From: a virus
Virus record (IMG/VR): IMGVR_UViG_3300032163_000009
Span: 13,736 to 77,735 of that record
Length of the DNA stretch: 64,000 nt
Strand: one strand, 5' to 3'
Positions 20,591-30,899 of the stretch are shown here, in pieces (positions within the stretch are counted from its first letter, which is position 1; each line of letters begins with the position of its first letter). The position numbers and the translations under genes were made by a program. The notes under the pieces were generated by a model. It was not told where the DNA came from. It saw only the letters and a program-made list of their open reading frames with translations, and ran no database searches.

Positions 20591-21951
20591 GCGCTAATCG
20601 TTTCCAGCGTGCCGTGTCCGTTTTGCTTAGCTGGTGTCGCGGCCGGTGCAGCCACTGGTGCAGGATTCGGATTGATTTGAGGCGCAGGCTTAGGCAAGGC
20701 CGCGACGGGCACTTCCGGCCCCGAGATTGGCATGAGGGTTTTACTCATCCAAGCCACGTCGCCCCATGGCTTCGGCTTTTGTCCGCGAGCAGTCAGCCAA
20801 TCGTTGACGGTCAAAACACCCCGATCAATCTTTTCCCGATCGCGCTTCCACTCGTCATTTTCTTCCTCGCCTAATTCAGTCACTCCGCTGTAATCGGTGT
20901 GCAGGAATTCGTCGTCGCGCATCGCATTGTTTCGCTGAAAGAACTCCGTCAGGTGGGTGTCACGATAAGCGAGCAGCGGCTTGATGGTCAAGGTGTATAA
21001 GGCTTCCACGGCGGCCGACCGTTTCTCCGACGTGTCGTAACTGTCGTTGCCGAAGCCCATCAAAATATCCGGCACGCCGAAGCCACCGGCCACTTCGTCG
21101 CGGCTCATTTGGCGCAGCGGAATGCCGCTCAAATCTTTAGGCTTCCACGAGAGAATCTTGATGTCGGTAATAGACTCCTCAAGGACAATCGGTTTGCCGA
21201 CGTTGCGAGATCCGCCATATTTGAGTGTAATCTTTTTCTCGATGTCGTCGCGTTCGCGCTGCGTCGTGCCTTGCGGCGTCACGATCGCATACTCGGGGCG
21301 AGCGTTGTTTTGATAAAGATACTTCTCCCAAGATTGCGCAAACACGTCTACGGCGATTGCCAATTGCAGCGCTATCAAGACCGGCAAGCCGCGCCACGGG
21401 TTGCGCGGATTATAAAATTTGAAGTGAATAAACTCATCAGGTGGTAGAAAATAAGGCTCGCCTTGCTTGTCGTCAATCTCGTATTTTGCCACTTCAAGGT
21501 AGCGGCGGCGCGCAGGATTAGGATAGACGTTGAAGATGTTAGGTTGACGCGGCCAAATTTCAGTGTACTGGCCGCGCCCGCTGCGCACCAATTCAAAACC
21601 GACTTCACCGCCGAGCAGTTGATCGATCGTCCACTGCCGCCACAGATCGCCGGAGGACATGGCGTCGTTGACATCGGTTAGCAAGTTGACGACCTCATGC
21701 TGCTCTAACCGCTCTTTGCCGCGCGTGCAATACACCGGCAGCGAAGCCACTGCATCCGAAATAACCTTGATTGCTTTTTGAACCCACACATAGGTTTCGT
21801 AGGTAACAATGGCGGAGAGATAAGTATACGGAGCAGCCGCTTGCATGTCGGAGCGAATGCTAAACAAGTGCTCGCGCTCCGTCATCTCTGGATGTTGATC
21901 GATCAGCGCCTTGCCACTGACTCTCGATTGAATGCGATCTCGAAGATTCAT
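20587..21951 (-). CDS. Portal protein, HK97 family
   Basis: DAVASLP, FIHFKFYNPRNPWRGLP, NVGKPIVLE, FGVP motifs. Confidence 0.95.
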   Translation of the reverse strand: MNLRDRIQSRVSGKALIDQHPEMTEREHLFSIRSDMQAAAPYTYLSAIVTYETYVWVQKAIKVISDAVASLPVYCTRGKERLEQHEVVNLLTDVNDAMSSGDLWRQWTIDQLLGGEVGFELVRSGRGQYTEIWPRQPNIFNVYPNPARRRYLEVAKYEIDDKQGEPYFLPPDEFIHFKFYNPRNPWRGLPVLIALQLAIAVDVFAQSWEKYLYQNNARPEYAIVTPQGTTQRERDDIEKKITLKYGGSRNVGKPIVLEESITDIKILSWKPKDLSGIPLRQMSRDEVAGGFGVPDILMGFGNDSYDTSEKRSAAVEALYTLTIKPLLAYRDTHLTEFFQRNNAMRDDEFLHTDYSGVTELGEEENDEWKRDREKIDRGVLTVNDWLTARGQKPKPWGDVAWMSKTLMPISGPEVPVAALPKPAPQINPNPAPVAAPAATPAKQNGHGTLETISA

Positions 21952-21958
21952 AATGACC

Positions 21959-22204
21959 TCAATTCAACCCGCTGCGCAGGTGTACTATCAAATAAAAGTT
22001 TTGGTGGCCGAGGCGTTGAACTCGCCGCCGCAAAGATTCATCAGCCTTGAAGCGCTCAGCAATCTCAGCCACCTGCTGCCCGAAAGCGAGTTGCAGCGCG
22101 AGGTCAAAGGTGTTGGAATTCTCCAGCATATACTTACCGAGACGATCGAGCGTTCGACGGATTTCTTCGGCTTCAAGTTGTAACTGATGATCACTTGTTG
22201 ACAA
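21959..22204 (-). CDS. Hypothetical protein
   Basis: AGGAG RBS, overlaps neighbour. Confidence 0.6.
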   Translation of the reverse strand: MSTSDHQLQLEAEEIRRTLDRLGKYMLENSNTFDLALQLAFGQQVAEIAERFKADESLRRRVQRLGHQNFYLIVHLRSGLN

Positions 22205-22490
22205 GCTGATCTCCTGCTTTGAAACTTTCGATCAAGCCAACGACCAGCCGATGTAAAATGCCATACACGATGCCCGCGCCGCCGCCGACGACAATTGAAA
22301 ACAGATCGAGGCCTAAGATAAAGAGACTGCGGAGAGCAGCCAGCAACCACACCATGGCCCCAATCACCCAATGCCATTCCTGCTGCGCGGCTGAGTTCAG
22401 CCGATCAAGTTCAACGCGCAGCCACTTGCGAGCGCTGCGCAAAATTAACTGAACGGCCGTCTGTAGTCGGAGGAAGGTGGAAGTCGGCAT
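22191..22490 (-). CDS. Small membrane protein
   Basis: Hydrophobic segments; start moved to MPTST, after the leader hairpin. Confidence 0.6.
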   Translation of the reverse strand: MPTSTFLRLQTAVQLILRSARKWLRVELDRLNSAAQQEWHWVIGAMVWLLAALRSLFILGLDLFSIVVGGGAGIVYGILHRLVVGLIESFKAGDQLVNK

Positions 22491-22493
22491 GGA

Positions 22494-22529
22494 ATATAAA
22501 AGGATACCGAAGCAGGCATCGGTATCCTT
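22494..22529 (-). terminator. Terminator-like hairpin in leader of portal operon
   Basis: AAGGATACCGA/TCGGTATCCTT 11-bp stem then TTATATT. Confidence 0.6.
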
Positions 22530-22585
22530 ATCCTTGAAATGAAGCACAGCATTCGACGGTGGGTCTTGGCTGCGCCAACGGTTCT

Positions 22586-22614
22586 AATATACGCCGATTA
22601 TTTGCGCGTGTCAA
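22586..22614 (-). promoter_or_regulatory. Promoter TTGACA-N17-TATATT overlapping 3' end of upstream ORF
   Basis: Direct motif match. Confidence 0.65.
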
Positions 22615-22939
22615 TAGGCAGCACTTCGATCGAATCAATTTGGCCTGTCAGCAAGTCTAGCAGCGCGTGCGGTTTGATCGCATGTGCTCGCGCCTTGTGC
22701 CGTAGTTGCTGATAAGTATTCAGGAAACGGGCATCGTCTTTCGTAACGAATAGACGCACTAAACTAGGGGCTGACTGCGGCACAGGCGCAAGACAATCCA
22801 GCAACACCGCAGAACAATTCCGGCAAAGGTCGTTGGCATCCGTCACCCATTCGGCGCCGACGTGTTCTAGTTCAAGCCACGGCAAGCCGCACAAGGATTC
22901 TTGATCGTTCAAAGAACGTCGCAAGTGGCGATCAGACAT
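22598..22939 (-). CDS. Hypothetical protein with H/C...CxxC metal site
   Basis: SLCG...LCRNC. Confidence 0.6.
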   Translation of the reverse strand: MSDRHLRRSLNDQESLCGLPWLELEHVGAEWVTDANDLCRNCSAVLLDCLAPVPQSAPSLVRLFVTKDDARFLNTYQQLRHKARAHAIKPHALLDLLTGQIDSIEVLPIDTRK

Positions 22940-23020
22940 CTAAGTCTCCAGCCCGCTAATTTCAAAACGTCCGAGTTGTCTTGGCTCATCAGCTGTCCTT
23001 GTGGCGAGTATCTGCTTGCC

Positions 23021-24469
23021 TTAATTCTTTGCCCGTGCCCACACCCATGTGCGAAAGGCATCCGCCGCATGGTTGTTTTCGTCCAATGGTTCTTCTTCGT
23101 CGCGACGGCTGCCTTCCGGCGCATACCGATAGCCAGCCGTGACTTCCTCGATGATATTCTTGCAGCGACGATGAACTGCCACGGCCCGATAGCCTTGACC
23201 ATCGCAAAATAATTGGCGCACGATCGGGATGCCGTCGATAATCTTATGCACACCGACCCGCGCCGGGATGTTGGCATTCCGAAAGCGCCGGTGCAGCGCA
23301 GGCGCTTCATGCGACACGATCGCAATTTCCGGCAACTGCGTGGAGCGACTCCAACCGGCTTGCAAGCGCTGCTCGGCTTCCTCTGGGCTCGGGGCAGGCA
23401 CGACCTCATACTTATCATTCAGCCACTGCCAGCCGTAATGCTTGCCGAACAACTCGATCGCTTCTCGAATGCAGACTTCTTCAAGGTGCTTGCGGTGATA
23501 CAGTTCATCGAAAATTAAAATGCGCGTCGGCTGACGCTGAATGAGCAAGATAGCCCGTGGATCAATAAAGCCGTCGTCGCACGCCAATTCAAACGGCAGC
23601 GTCAGATCAGGTTCGTCGTCGGTCAAGTTACCGATCGGCCAATCCTCGGCGCTGAAATTATCGTAGACCATACCCTCGAAAGCGGCTGACTCGCCTAAGA
23701 ACAAACGCGCCCGCAAATTGCCAACCAACGAACTGAGTGTGTCGTAAACTTGTAGCCCTTCGACTGTCCACTGCCCGTTCTGCCACCAGCGCGGATTGTC
23801 GATCAACTGCGCTCGATGAATGACGAGTTTGCCCTCCTGCTGGCGCTTCCACGTCCAGTGCGACGGCGGCGGCGGATTCATGTCGCCAATGATTTGCGAG
23901 TAGCCTAACTTGAAGCGTGTCAGCCGCGTGGTAAGTTTTTGCCATTCATCCAGCGACAACTCCGGCGCTTCGTTGACGTAGATCAAGTCCCATTCCGTGG
24001 ACATGATCTTCTCAGTTTGATCCTTGCCGCTCTGCCGAAAGCCACCTACCACAATTTGGCTGCCGTTCTCGTATAAATAAACATCGCGGTTCTTGCGCTG
24101 CGGTGCGCCTTGCAAGACAAAATGATCGGCGGGAATGACATCGAGTTCGAACGTCGCCAGCGCAGACTCCGACAATGATTCACGCGTCTTGCGCAGAATG
24201 AGAAAGCGGCAACCGGGGATCGTCTCGGCTAAGTGATGCAGCTTATACAGAATGCCGAACGTCTTAGCCGCGCGGGCTGGCCCGCTCAAGATCACTTCGC
24301 GGCGCTGCTCCGTTTGAACGGTCAGCGCTGCGCCGCGCAACTCCGGCACAACCTCAGCCGTCAACGAGGTTGCTGTCAGTTGTGTCGCTTGCTCGAAGTG
24401 CCGATTGACGCGGCTGATCAAGTAATCGATTCCAGTCGGCTTGGATGGCGGCAAGAGTGGGTTTATCAC
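23021..24469 (-). CDS. terL: Terminase large subunit (start uncertain)
   Basis: SGPARAAKT Walker A variant, LIYVNEAPE Walker B, DMNP, nuclease CDDGFIDP and NHAADAFR. Confidence 0.93.
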   Translation of the reverse strand: MINPLLPPSKPTGIDYLISRVNRHFEQATQLTATSLTAEVVPELRGAALTVQTEQRREVILSGPARAAKTFGILYKLHHLAETIPGCRFLILRKTRESLSESALATFELDVIPADHFVLQGAPQRKNRDVYLYENGSQIVVGGFRQSGKDQTEKIMSTEWDLIYVNEAPELSLDEWQKLTTRLTRFKLGYSQIIGDMNPPPPSHWTWKRQQEGKLVIHRAQLIDNPRWWQNGQWTVEGLQVYDTLSSLVGNLRARLFLGESAAFEGMVYDNFSAEDWPIGNLTDDEPDLTLPFELACDDGFIDPRAILLIQRQPTRILIFDELYHRKHLEEVCIREAIELFGKHYGWQWLNDKYEVVPAPSPEEAEQRLQAGWSRSTQLPEIAIVSHEAPALHRRFRNANIPARVGVHKIIDGIPIVRQLFCDGQGYRAVAVHRRCKNIIEEVTAGYRYAPEGSRRDEEEPLDENNHAADAFRTWVWARAKN

Positions 24470-25187
24470 TTATATGCTCGAACACGGCGCGGGTGAGGGC
24501 GTCGTATAGAATGGCAACTTGCGTGAGACTGACATACGTTTGAGCGTCCAACTCACGCTTGGACTCCGTTTGAACCAACTTGCGTTTCAATTCGATCAAA
24601 CGATTCAACTCATCAAACAGCGCCCCTTCACGATTGCCTTGCTCTAACACACTTTGCAGCGCGACTACGGCTTGGCCTTGCGCTTGAGCGATGGCGAAAC
24701 TTTCTGTTTTGAATTCAGCACTGTCGGGATCGGGATTGATCGGCTTGCGCTGCAAAGTGAGCAGCAGCTCGCGCAAATTTCCTCGGGCTTGCTGCCAGGC
24801 CGTCATGCCTGCGCCGGTGGTGCTTAGGCGCTGCATCACACCGATAATTTGAGCGTCGAGCAAAGCGATGTCGGGGCGCAGGCCGATCAAAGACGGATCA
24901 CTCAGCGCGTCGTCAAAGGGAATCTTCCACCGCGCAGGCAGGTGCGGCAGATAGCGGCTGCTCCCTTTGCCTTCGTATTGCGGGCTGGCAATGCCGCTCG
25001 GTGTCTTGCCGCCGTGTCGATCGCAGCGGTGATTCAGCATCGGCGTCTTGAGACACGGCCCCGCTGCGCCGGACGACTTCTTGGCTCCGCAGACCCGCTT
25101 GCCTTTTTTTGTGCCTTCAACGCCCAGGCAATAACCGTCGGCATCCAGCGGCAGGTTAAACAGATTCCCGAAGGGCTGATTAGGCAT
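24354..25187 (-). CDS. terS: Terminase small subunit (HGGxSTG-like)
   Basis: CGAK..PC..RCDRHGGKTPSG; adjacent to terL. Confidence 0.75.
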   Translation of the reverse strand: MPNQPFGNLFNLPLDADGYCLGVEGTKKGKRVCGAKKSSGAAGPCLKTPMLNHRCDRHGGKTPSGIASPQYEGKGSSRYLPHLPARWKIPFDDALSDPSLIGLRPDIALLDAQIIGVMQRLSTTGAGMTAWQQARGNLRELLLTLQRKPINPDPDSAEFKTESFAIAQAQGQAVVALQSVLEQGNREGALFDELNRLIELKRKLVQTESKRELDAQTYVSLTQVAILYDALTRAVFEHISDKPTLAAIQADWNRLLDQPRQSALRASDTTDSNLVDG

Positions 25188-25653
25188 CGATGACCTTGCG
25201 GCGACGCGCGACGCGGCGCTGGCGGCCTTGCCTGCGGCCTGTCTCGTAAATGGTAATGCCGTGCAAGGCTTTCATGAGCTTCGCCTTGAGGATATACAGG
25301 CGTGTTCGAACGCCCTTGAAATCTTCTACAACCTTTTGACCGTTCTCGATATAAACGAAATCGGCCATGTAGGTTGCGATGTGGAGGCCGTTCACGTCCA
25401 GCGAATACTCGACTTGCAATTCCAGATCGGTAATCTCACCGGCGCGCTCCCGTATCTTCAACTGGCTGTACCGAGTCGCTTCGCCTTGACTGGCAAACCG
25501 GATGCCATCTACCCAGGTAACCTTAGCCTTGAACTTGTTTTGTTTTTTCGGGGCGTGCTGGATCAGCGCTTGGTATTCTTCGGACGTGTATTCTTCGATC
25601 GGTTGATCGGCAACACGCGGCAAGAGCAGCGCTGTCGAAATAGAGCGCTTCAT
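25180..25653 (-). CDS. DUF1064-like PD-(D/E)xK endonuclease
   Basis: NKFKAK..DGIRFASQGEATRY, YMADFVY, VVEDFKG. Confidence 0.85.
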   Translation of the reverse strand: MKRSISTALLLPRVADQPIEEYTSEEYQALIQHAPKKQNKFKAKVTWVDGIRFASQGEATRYSQLKIRERAGEITDLELQVEYSLDVNGLHIATYMADFVYIENGQKVVEDFKGVRTRLYILKAKLMKALHGITIYETGRRQGRQRRVARRRKVIDA

Positions 25654-26186
25654 AGTTGGACCAGCCAGACGCGGCCAGCGACGAGAAAGGTCGGTTCGCG
25701 TTCCGGCCAGTATTCTGAAAAGGCGCGGACCACGCCTTCCTCCCAATAATCATCACCGCAGACAAGGCCTCCCGGCTTCACCTTTGGCACCCACAATTTC
25801 AAATCTTGGATCACCGCTTCGTAGAAATGGCTGCCGTCGATAAACAGCAGGTCTAACGATCTGTCGCGGAACAACGGCGCGGCGTCAGCACTACTTTTGA
25901 AAATAGGCACGATGCGGTGTAGCACACCGGCGCTCTGCACATTAGACAGGAACGATTGATAGAGCTTTAAGGGTTCATCCACAAGGCCTGTGCCGCTGTC
26001 GCTGCCTTGCCAGTGATCGATACAATACACCACGCCTGCGCTGTGCTGCGCCAGCGCAATAGCCGAATGGCCCAGCCACGAGCCAACTTCGGCAATAGCC
26101 GATTTGCCTTGCGCGACGTTAGCCAAAGCCTCAAGCATTTCTTTCGGATGCCAGTTGTCTGGCACGGCAATTGTATTGGAGTTCAT
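25650..26186 (-). CDS. Class I SAM-dependent methyltransferase (Methyltransf_24-like)
   Basis: AEVGSWLGHS, DLLFIDGSH, KPGGLVCGDDY. Confidence 0.9.
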   Translation of the reverse strand: MNSNTIAVPDNWHPKEMLEALANVAQGKSAIAEVGSWLGHSAIALAQHSAGVVYCIDHWQGSDSGTGLVDEPLKLYQSFLSNVQSAGVLHRIVPIFKSSADAAPLFRDRSLDLLFIDGSHFYEAVIQDLKLWVPKVKPGGLVCGDDYWEEGVVRAFSEYWPEREPTFLVAGRVWLVQL

Positions 26187-27061
26187 AACGACACCACCTT
26201 TAAGAATTCTGCACGAGTCGAAAGGTCTGTTCTAAACGCGCCACGCATGACAGATGTTTTCATGGTCAGCGGCGTCTTGATGCCGCGCATGGCTGCGCAG
26301 GTATGCACACCCTTGGCAAACACGGCGACATCAGGTGTGCCGGTGACTGCGCTGATGTCAGTCGCAATGTCAGCGACCAGCCGTTCTTGAATCTGCAACT
26401 TGTGCGCGTGCTTGTGGGCAATGCGGGCGAACTTCGACAAGCCTAAAACTTTTGAGCCGGTGAGCACGCCGATCGACAAATCACACCAGAACGGCAAGAG
26501 GTGATGTTCGCACAAACTCCATACCCGAATGTCTTGCACGACAACCATTTGATCGGCTTCAACTACTTCAAACGTGGAGTCTGCATTCGTTTCTTTATAG
26601 CGCATGAACTCCAGCCACGCGGCGGCGGCGCGACGCGGTGTCTCGATCAAGCCTTCGCGCTGCGGGTCTTCGCCAATCGTTTTCAGCAAGTCTCGATACA
26701 GGCGCTCCACCTTCGTGATAAATTTGGCATCAGTGAGCAGCGGCGCAGGCGGAGAGAGCAAGACGATCGTCTCCGTGTGGCGAGTGGAATATAACTGATA
26801 ACGCTGCTCGATCTTTTCCGCTGTTTCCATTTGCTGCGCGAACACATATAGCCCCAAGCCTGGCAGTTCGCCATCGATGACCGTGACTTTAACCGGCTGG
26901 CCTTCAAAGACAGCATCATCGGATAGTCCAAGCCGTTGCCCGGCGTTGACATCGCGGACAAAGGCGGCGGATTGATCGCCGCGCAGTTCGACGCCGTACG
27001 GATAGGTCTTCATCACTTGCAAACCGGCAAAGTGCATGTGTTGTGGATCAGTGAGTATCAT
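26183..27061 (-). CDS. folE: GTP cyclohydrolase I with about 110-aa N-terminal extension
   Basis: REGLIETPRR, SLCEHHLLPF, GLSKFAR, QIQERL, HTCAAMRG. Confidence 0.95.
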   Translation of the reverse strand: MILTDPQHMHFAGLQVMKTYPYGVELRGDQSAAFVRDVNAGQRLGLSDDAVFEGQPVKVTVIDGELPGLGLYVFAQQMETAEKIEQRYQLYSTRHTETIVLLSPPAPLLTDAKFITKVERLYRDLLKTIGEDPQREGLIETPRRAAAAWLEFMRYKETNADSTFEVVEADQMVVVQDIRVWSLCEHHLLPFWCDLSIGVLTGSKVLGLSKFARIAHKHAHKLQIQERLVADIATDISAVTGTPDVAVFAKGVHTCAAMRGIKTPLTMKTSVMRGAFRTDLSTRAEFLKVVSL

Positions 27062-27080
27062 TTTACTTTTACCTTCGCCT

Positions 27081-27929
27081 TTACCTTCTGATTGGGATTT
27101 TTCTCGGCGCGGAACTCGACGCGAGGTAATCACCGGCCATGTATTCTAAAGCGCGGCCGCGTGCATTCTTGCCGCCGACCTCAGCCGCGATAGCGTCGAT
27201 CGCTTGATTGATCACGCCTTGCTGACTGGCATGCACTAGAAAGGACAGATAGCCCCAATCTTTTTGAGGCGGCGACACCTGCTTGGACACCAGCAGCATG
27301 ATCGCCTGCTCATCTTCCGTGACACCGTGTTCCGCCTTGAGGCCGTCCAGCGCTGCTCTAAATTTTTGGGCTTCGCTGCGCGGCAGGGTGAACAGGAAAT
27401 TGACGTGCGCAATCAGCGCACCTTTTGAATCAGCCGCCGCGCGGGCTTCACCTTCTCCGCCTGCGTTAGCGCCGTCCAATATCTTTTGCCAATCGACACC
27501 CGCTGTAAAGTTTGCGATATAGGCGGGGCTGAGTCCGGCATACTTGATCAGCACAGACGGATCGGGCAGCGAGCTAACCAGTGCGGCCATTTTGGTTACG
27601 TCATTGCCACCGCGCAGCGCATTCAAAGCAATGGTCAACGTCTTCGCTTCGTCGTCCGTGCCTTCCCATTCGATGACAGGAAACAATGGCTCAGTGGTTA
27701 GCAACAATTCTCGATAGCGTTGTTCACCGTCCACGATTCGCCAAAAGTCGTCACCGGCCTTGCGTCGCCCTGGAAACACATGCTGACATAGGATGCCACC
27801 GAACATGCCGTATTGATCCAAGGTGTTGCCCAACGACGCGTGAGTATCGGCATCCATTTCATTCGGATTCCACGGATTCGGTTTGATCTTGTCGCGCGGC
27901 ACCATGATCACTTGATTGTAGAATTTCAT
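27081..27929 (-). CDS. ParB/Srx-like N-terminal domain protein
   Basis: IKPNPWNPNEM, IVDGEQRY, LNALRG. Confidence 0.85.
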   Translation of the reverse strand: MKFYNQVIMVPRDKIKPNPWNPNEMDADTHASLGNTLDQYGMFGGILCQHVFPGRRKAGDDFWRIVDGEQRYRELLLTTEPLFPVIEWEGTDDEAKTLTIALNALRGGNDVTKMAALVSSLPDPSVLIKYAGLSPAYIANFTAGVDWQKILDGANAGGEGEARAAADSKGALIAHVNFLFTLPRSEAQKFRAALDGLKAEHGVTEDEQAIMLLVSKQVSPPQKDWGYLSFLVHASQQGVINQAIDAIAAEVGGKNARGRALEYMAGDYLASSSAPRKIPIRR

Positions 27930-28882
27930 TGCCACACCACTCCCCGCGTGCGCCACAGGTCAGTCATGTTGCGCTCTACCTGCCATAGCACTTTCAGGTT
28001 AGCCAAAAAGACTTTGCCTGTGACCGCTCGCTTCGAACCTGAATCAGATTGCGCATTGTCAAAGTCAAACCATTCACGGGATAGTCCTTGATGCAGCAGC
28101 TTGTCGATGTCCAGCGGGTCTTTGGCTTGATGCTGGCCGATGCGGGTAAAAGACATCTTGCCTTCGGCGGGCGAAAATAAAGACAAGCCCCACAGCGCGG
28201 CGGACTTCCACGAAATCGAATCGACGCTATACACGGGCAGCGCTTGCATGAGTGCGATCGAGGTCGCCTTGAATAAGTGCGTCTTGATCTGACGCTGGTA
28301 GGCATCGACCGCCACGCCTCTGATCAACGCTTGAGCAGCGGGCGTGCCGCTGCGCATGATCTCCGCACCGGCTGCGAGGCCGATATACTTCAAGCCTTTG
28401 CGCTTGATGAGACTTTGATAGCCAGCCCAGCCGTCTAACGGCGACCACACATATAAAATTTCAATGCCAGTTTCTTGGGCGACGGCTTGCCACACTTCAT
28501 CGCGCCATCGATCGATCACGTCGATCCCAAACTCCATTTGCAAATCCAACTCCACCATGTAGTTAGGCTTCAGCGGACAGGTCAAGACTGTTTCCACATA
28601 TCGATCGCGGAAGCGGCGGGCTTCGTCAATCTTGATTCGTTCGCCGCGTCGAAAGCGCTGATGAAAAGAATGCGCGCCGGAGTCGAGGAGCACATCACAC
28701 GGATCAAGCGCAGCGTGCATGGCTTCCAAACAGTTGCGCAGCGAGTTGGCGCCGCTGCTCTTGGTCTTATTGTGCTGAACGATCGAGGTGAGTAAATGGA
28801 TCTTCGGCGGTCGCGCAGGTAAAGCCGTCTCGACCCACTTCACTTTCTGTTTGCTGTCTACACCGGCGAGTAAGACATTCAT
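27926..28882 (-). CDS. TGT-fold DNA guanine transglycosylase-like protein (DpdA-like)
   Basis: LLDSGAHSF, MVELD, YIGL, HLF, YSVDSISW motifs; inside que operon. Confidence 0.75.
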   Translation of the reverse strand: MNVLLAGVDSKQKVKWVETALPARPPKIHLLTSIVQHNKTKSSGANSLRNCLEAMHAALDPCDVLLDSGAHSFHQRFRRGERIKIDEARRFRDRYVETVLTCPLKPNYMVELDLQMEFGIDVIDRWRDEVWQAVAQETGIEILYVWSPLDGWAGYQSLIKRKGLKYIGLAAGAEIMRSGTPAAQALIRGVAVDAYQRQIKTHLFKATSIALMQALPVYSVDSISWKSAALWGLSLFSPAEGKMSFTRIGQHQAKDPLDIDKLLHQGLSREWFDFDNAQSDSGSKRAVTGKVFLANLKVLWQVERNMTDLWRTRGVVWQ

Positions 28883-29889
28883 GTCCGCAGCCTCGTGACA
28901 ATACCTTGCGCGTTGTCTGACCAGCGCGAAGTATAGGCTAAAGCGAGAGGTTCGAAGTCGCGGTGATGCAGACGCTCGACTAATTGATCGAAGGTGGAGT
29001 AGAGGGCTTCACTTGAAACCATTTCGGGATAGCAAGCCCGATCAGGCACGAGGACTTCACAGCCGTACAAGATGGCTTCTTGCAGCGCGTAGCCGAATGT
29101 CTCTTGCTGCGCCGTGCTCAGAAACCAACGGGCGTGTTTGACGAGGCTGAGATATTCCGTTTTGGTTAAGCCTGCTTCATACGACACATTGAGCGGCAGG
29201 TTCGGCAGCGCTCGACCGTTGCCGCAAGAAGTGATCAAGAAATGCAAGTCGGGCACGGCCGCCGCAGCGGCGAGGAATTCGGCCAAGCCTTTTTCAGTTG
29301 CGGGGCGGTGCGGCCAAATGCAGTAATTCTGTTTAGCGTGCGGTGTTTGCCAACTGACTAATTGATTGTACCAATTGATATTCCAGATCAAGCCGGTGAC
29401 GCGCACCTTGCTGTCCGGCAGATCAAAATACTTTCGCACGCGCTGCGCATGGAACTCGCTGCCCACATAAATTTCAGAGGCCAGTTGATGCCAGCTCCGT
29501 TCAGCGTTATCGCTCCAGCGGCGCAACTGCTGGACGAAATCTGTTTCATCGGCGCGTCCGGCATAGTTGAAGCCAACGATTCGGATAGTCAGTTGCTGCA
29601 ATTCAGCGAGGTAGCCGATGGCTTCCAAGCCCGGAAAGAATAAGTCGCCAACGAGAAAGACGTCGCCGGAGTGAATGAATTTCTGCGCAAAGAGTTGCGT
29701 GACCATTTTGAGTTGTTCGGCCTTGAACGCAATGGTGTTGTTCACGTCCAGAAATTCACCTGACTGGATTAAGACGCGCTCAAAGCCGTCGGGGTAAAGC
29801 GTGACATCTATCAGCGGGCGCAGCGTCTCATTCATCATGACGGTGTAGCGATTGACGATGTTCTCGATCGGCAAATAATACAAAGTCAT
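28879..29889 (-). CDS. GT-B (GT4-like) glycosyltransferase
   Basis: WPHRPATEKG, QETFGYALQEA (Ex7E). Confidence 0.85.
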   Translation of the reverse strand: MTLYYLPIENIVNRYTVMMNETLRPLIDVTLYPDGFERVLIQSGEFLDVNNTIAFKAEQLKMVTQLFAQKFIHSGDVFLVGDLFFPGLEAIGYLAELQQLTIRIVGFNYAGRADETDFVQQLRRWSDNAERSWHQLASEIYVGSEFHAQRVRKYFDLPDSKVRVTGLIWNINWYNQLVSWQTPHAKQNYCIWPHRPATEKGLAEFLAAAAAVPDLHFLITSCGNGRALPNLPLNVSYEAGLTKTEYLSLVKHARWFLSTAQQETFGYALQEAILYGCEVLVPDRACYPEMVSSEALYSTFDQLVERLHHRDFEPLALAYTSRWSDNAQGIVTRLRT

Positions 29890-30899
29890 TTCTCGACCTC
29901 ATTGCCCTTGAACATATTGACTTGAATGTGGCCTTGACTGCGGGCGTTGAACAAACGCCCTTCGGGGCAGTGCTGACACATCTCAGGCTTGTCCGTCGAT
30001 TTCATGCGGCGGCGAAACTCGGCATACTTCGGCCCGTTCCAAATCTCCAACGGCGATTGCTCAAAGATGTTGCCCATCACATTCAAGCCAGCCCAATCCC
30101 GATCGCACGGCACGACATTGCCATTTACATGGATCGTCATGCCGTAAAACGCCTCGCGGCAAACGTCGTCCGGTTGCAGCCCGCCTTTGTCGGCGATCTC
30201 GCCTCGGAAAGAATCGAGGAACTTGTAACGCACTTCGTCAGCGTGCAAGCCGCCTGTCCAGTCAATGAACTGCGCCTCGGTGTATTCCGGCACGCCATTC
30301 AGCATGATCGTTTGAGCCACGGCATACGGGCGCTGCTCGCGCGACAGGATATTGATCACGCGCTCCCGCAGCAAGTCCAGTCGACCGTTCACCCGCATAC
30401 TCGCATACCGATCGGGATCGAGGCTATCCACATCCATCACAAGGAAATTCAAGCCAGCGGCAAAGGCGCGATCGAGTTTGTCGGGGGTAGCGGGCAGCAA
30501 GTTGGAAGCAATGACGGTATAGATATTGCGCTGCGTGCAAGCGGCAATGTAGTCGGCAATATCGTTCTGCATGAACGGCTCGCCAAAATGAAACAGTTCG
30601 AGCGACTTCACCCACGGCATTTGATCGAGGATCGATTCGAATTGACCAAGCGGCATCACTGCATTCAAGTCGCGTTGGCCGTGAACTTTGAGATCGGTGG
30701 TGCGCGGACAAAACGGACAGGCGAGATTGCAGCGCGAAGTCGTTTCAACTTGATACAAGCGCGGCAACGTCACCGGCTCGATCGTGAACCGATCCTGCTC
30801 TACTTCGGAGAGCAGCGCCGGAAAATCCATTTGCTCAAAAGTAAAATCGGGCAGGTTACTCAGCACACCTTTCAAGCGTGGGTCGTGTTGATCGATCAT
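29886..30899 (-). CDS. Radical SAM / SPASM-twitch enzyme
   Basis: CNLACPFC, FGEP, C..GNVVPC..GNIF..CQHC. Confidence 0.9.
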   Translation of the reverse strand: MIDQHDPRLKGVLSNLPDFTFEQMDFPALLSEVEQDRFTIEPVTLPRLYQVETTSRCNLACPFCPRTTDLKVHGQRDLNAVMPLGQFESILDQMPWVKSLELFHFGEPFMQNDIADYIAACTQRNIYTVIASNLLPATPDKLDRAFAAGLNFLVMDVDSLDPDRYASMRVNGRLDLLRERVINILSREQRPYAVAQTIMLNGVPEYTEAQFIDWTGGLHADEVRYKFLDSFRGEIADKGGLQPDDVCREAFYGMTIHVNGNVVPCDRDWAGLNVMGNIFEQSPLEIWNGPKYAEFRRRMKSTDKPEMCQHCPEGRLFNARSQGHIQVNMFKGNEVEK

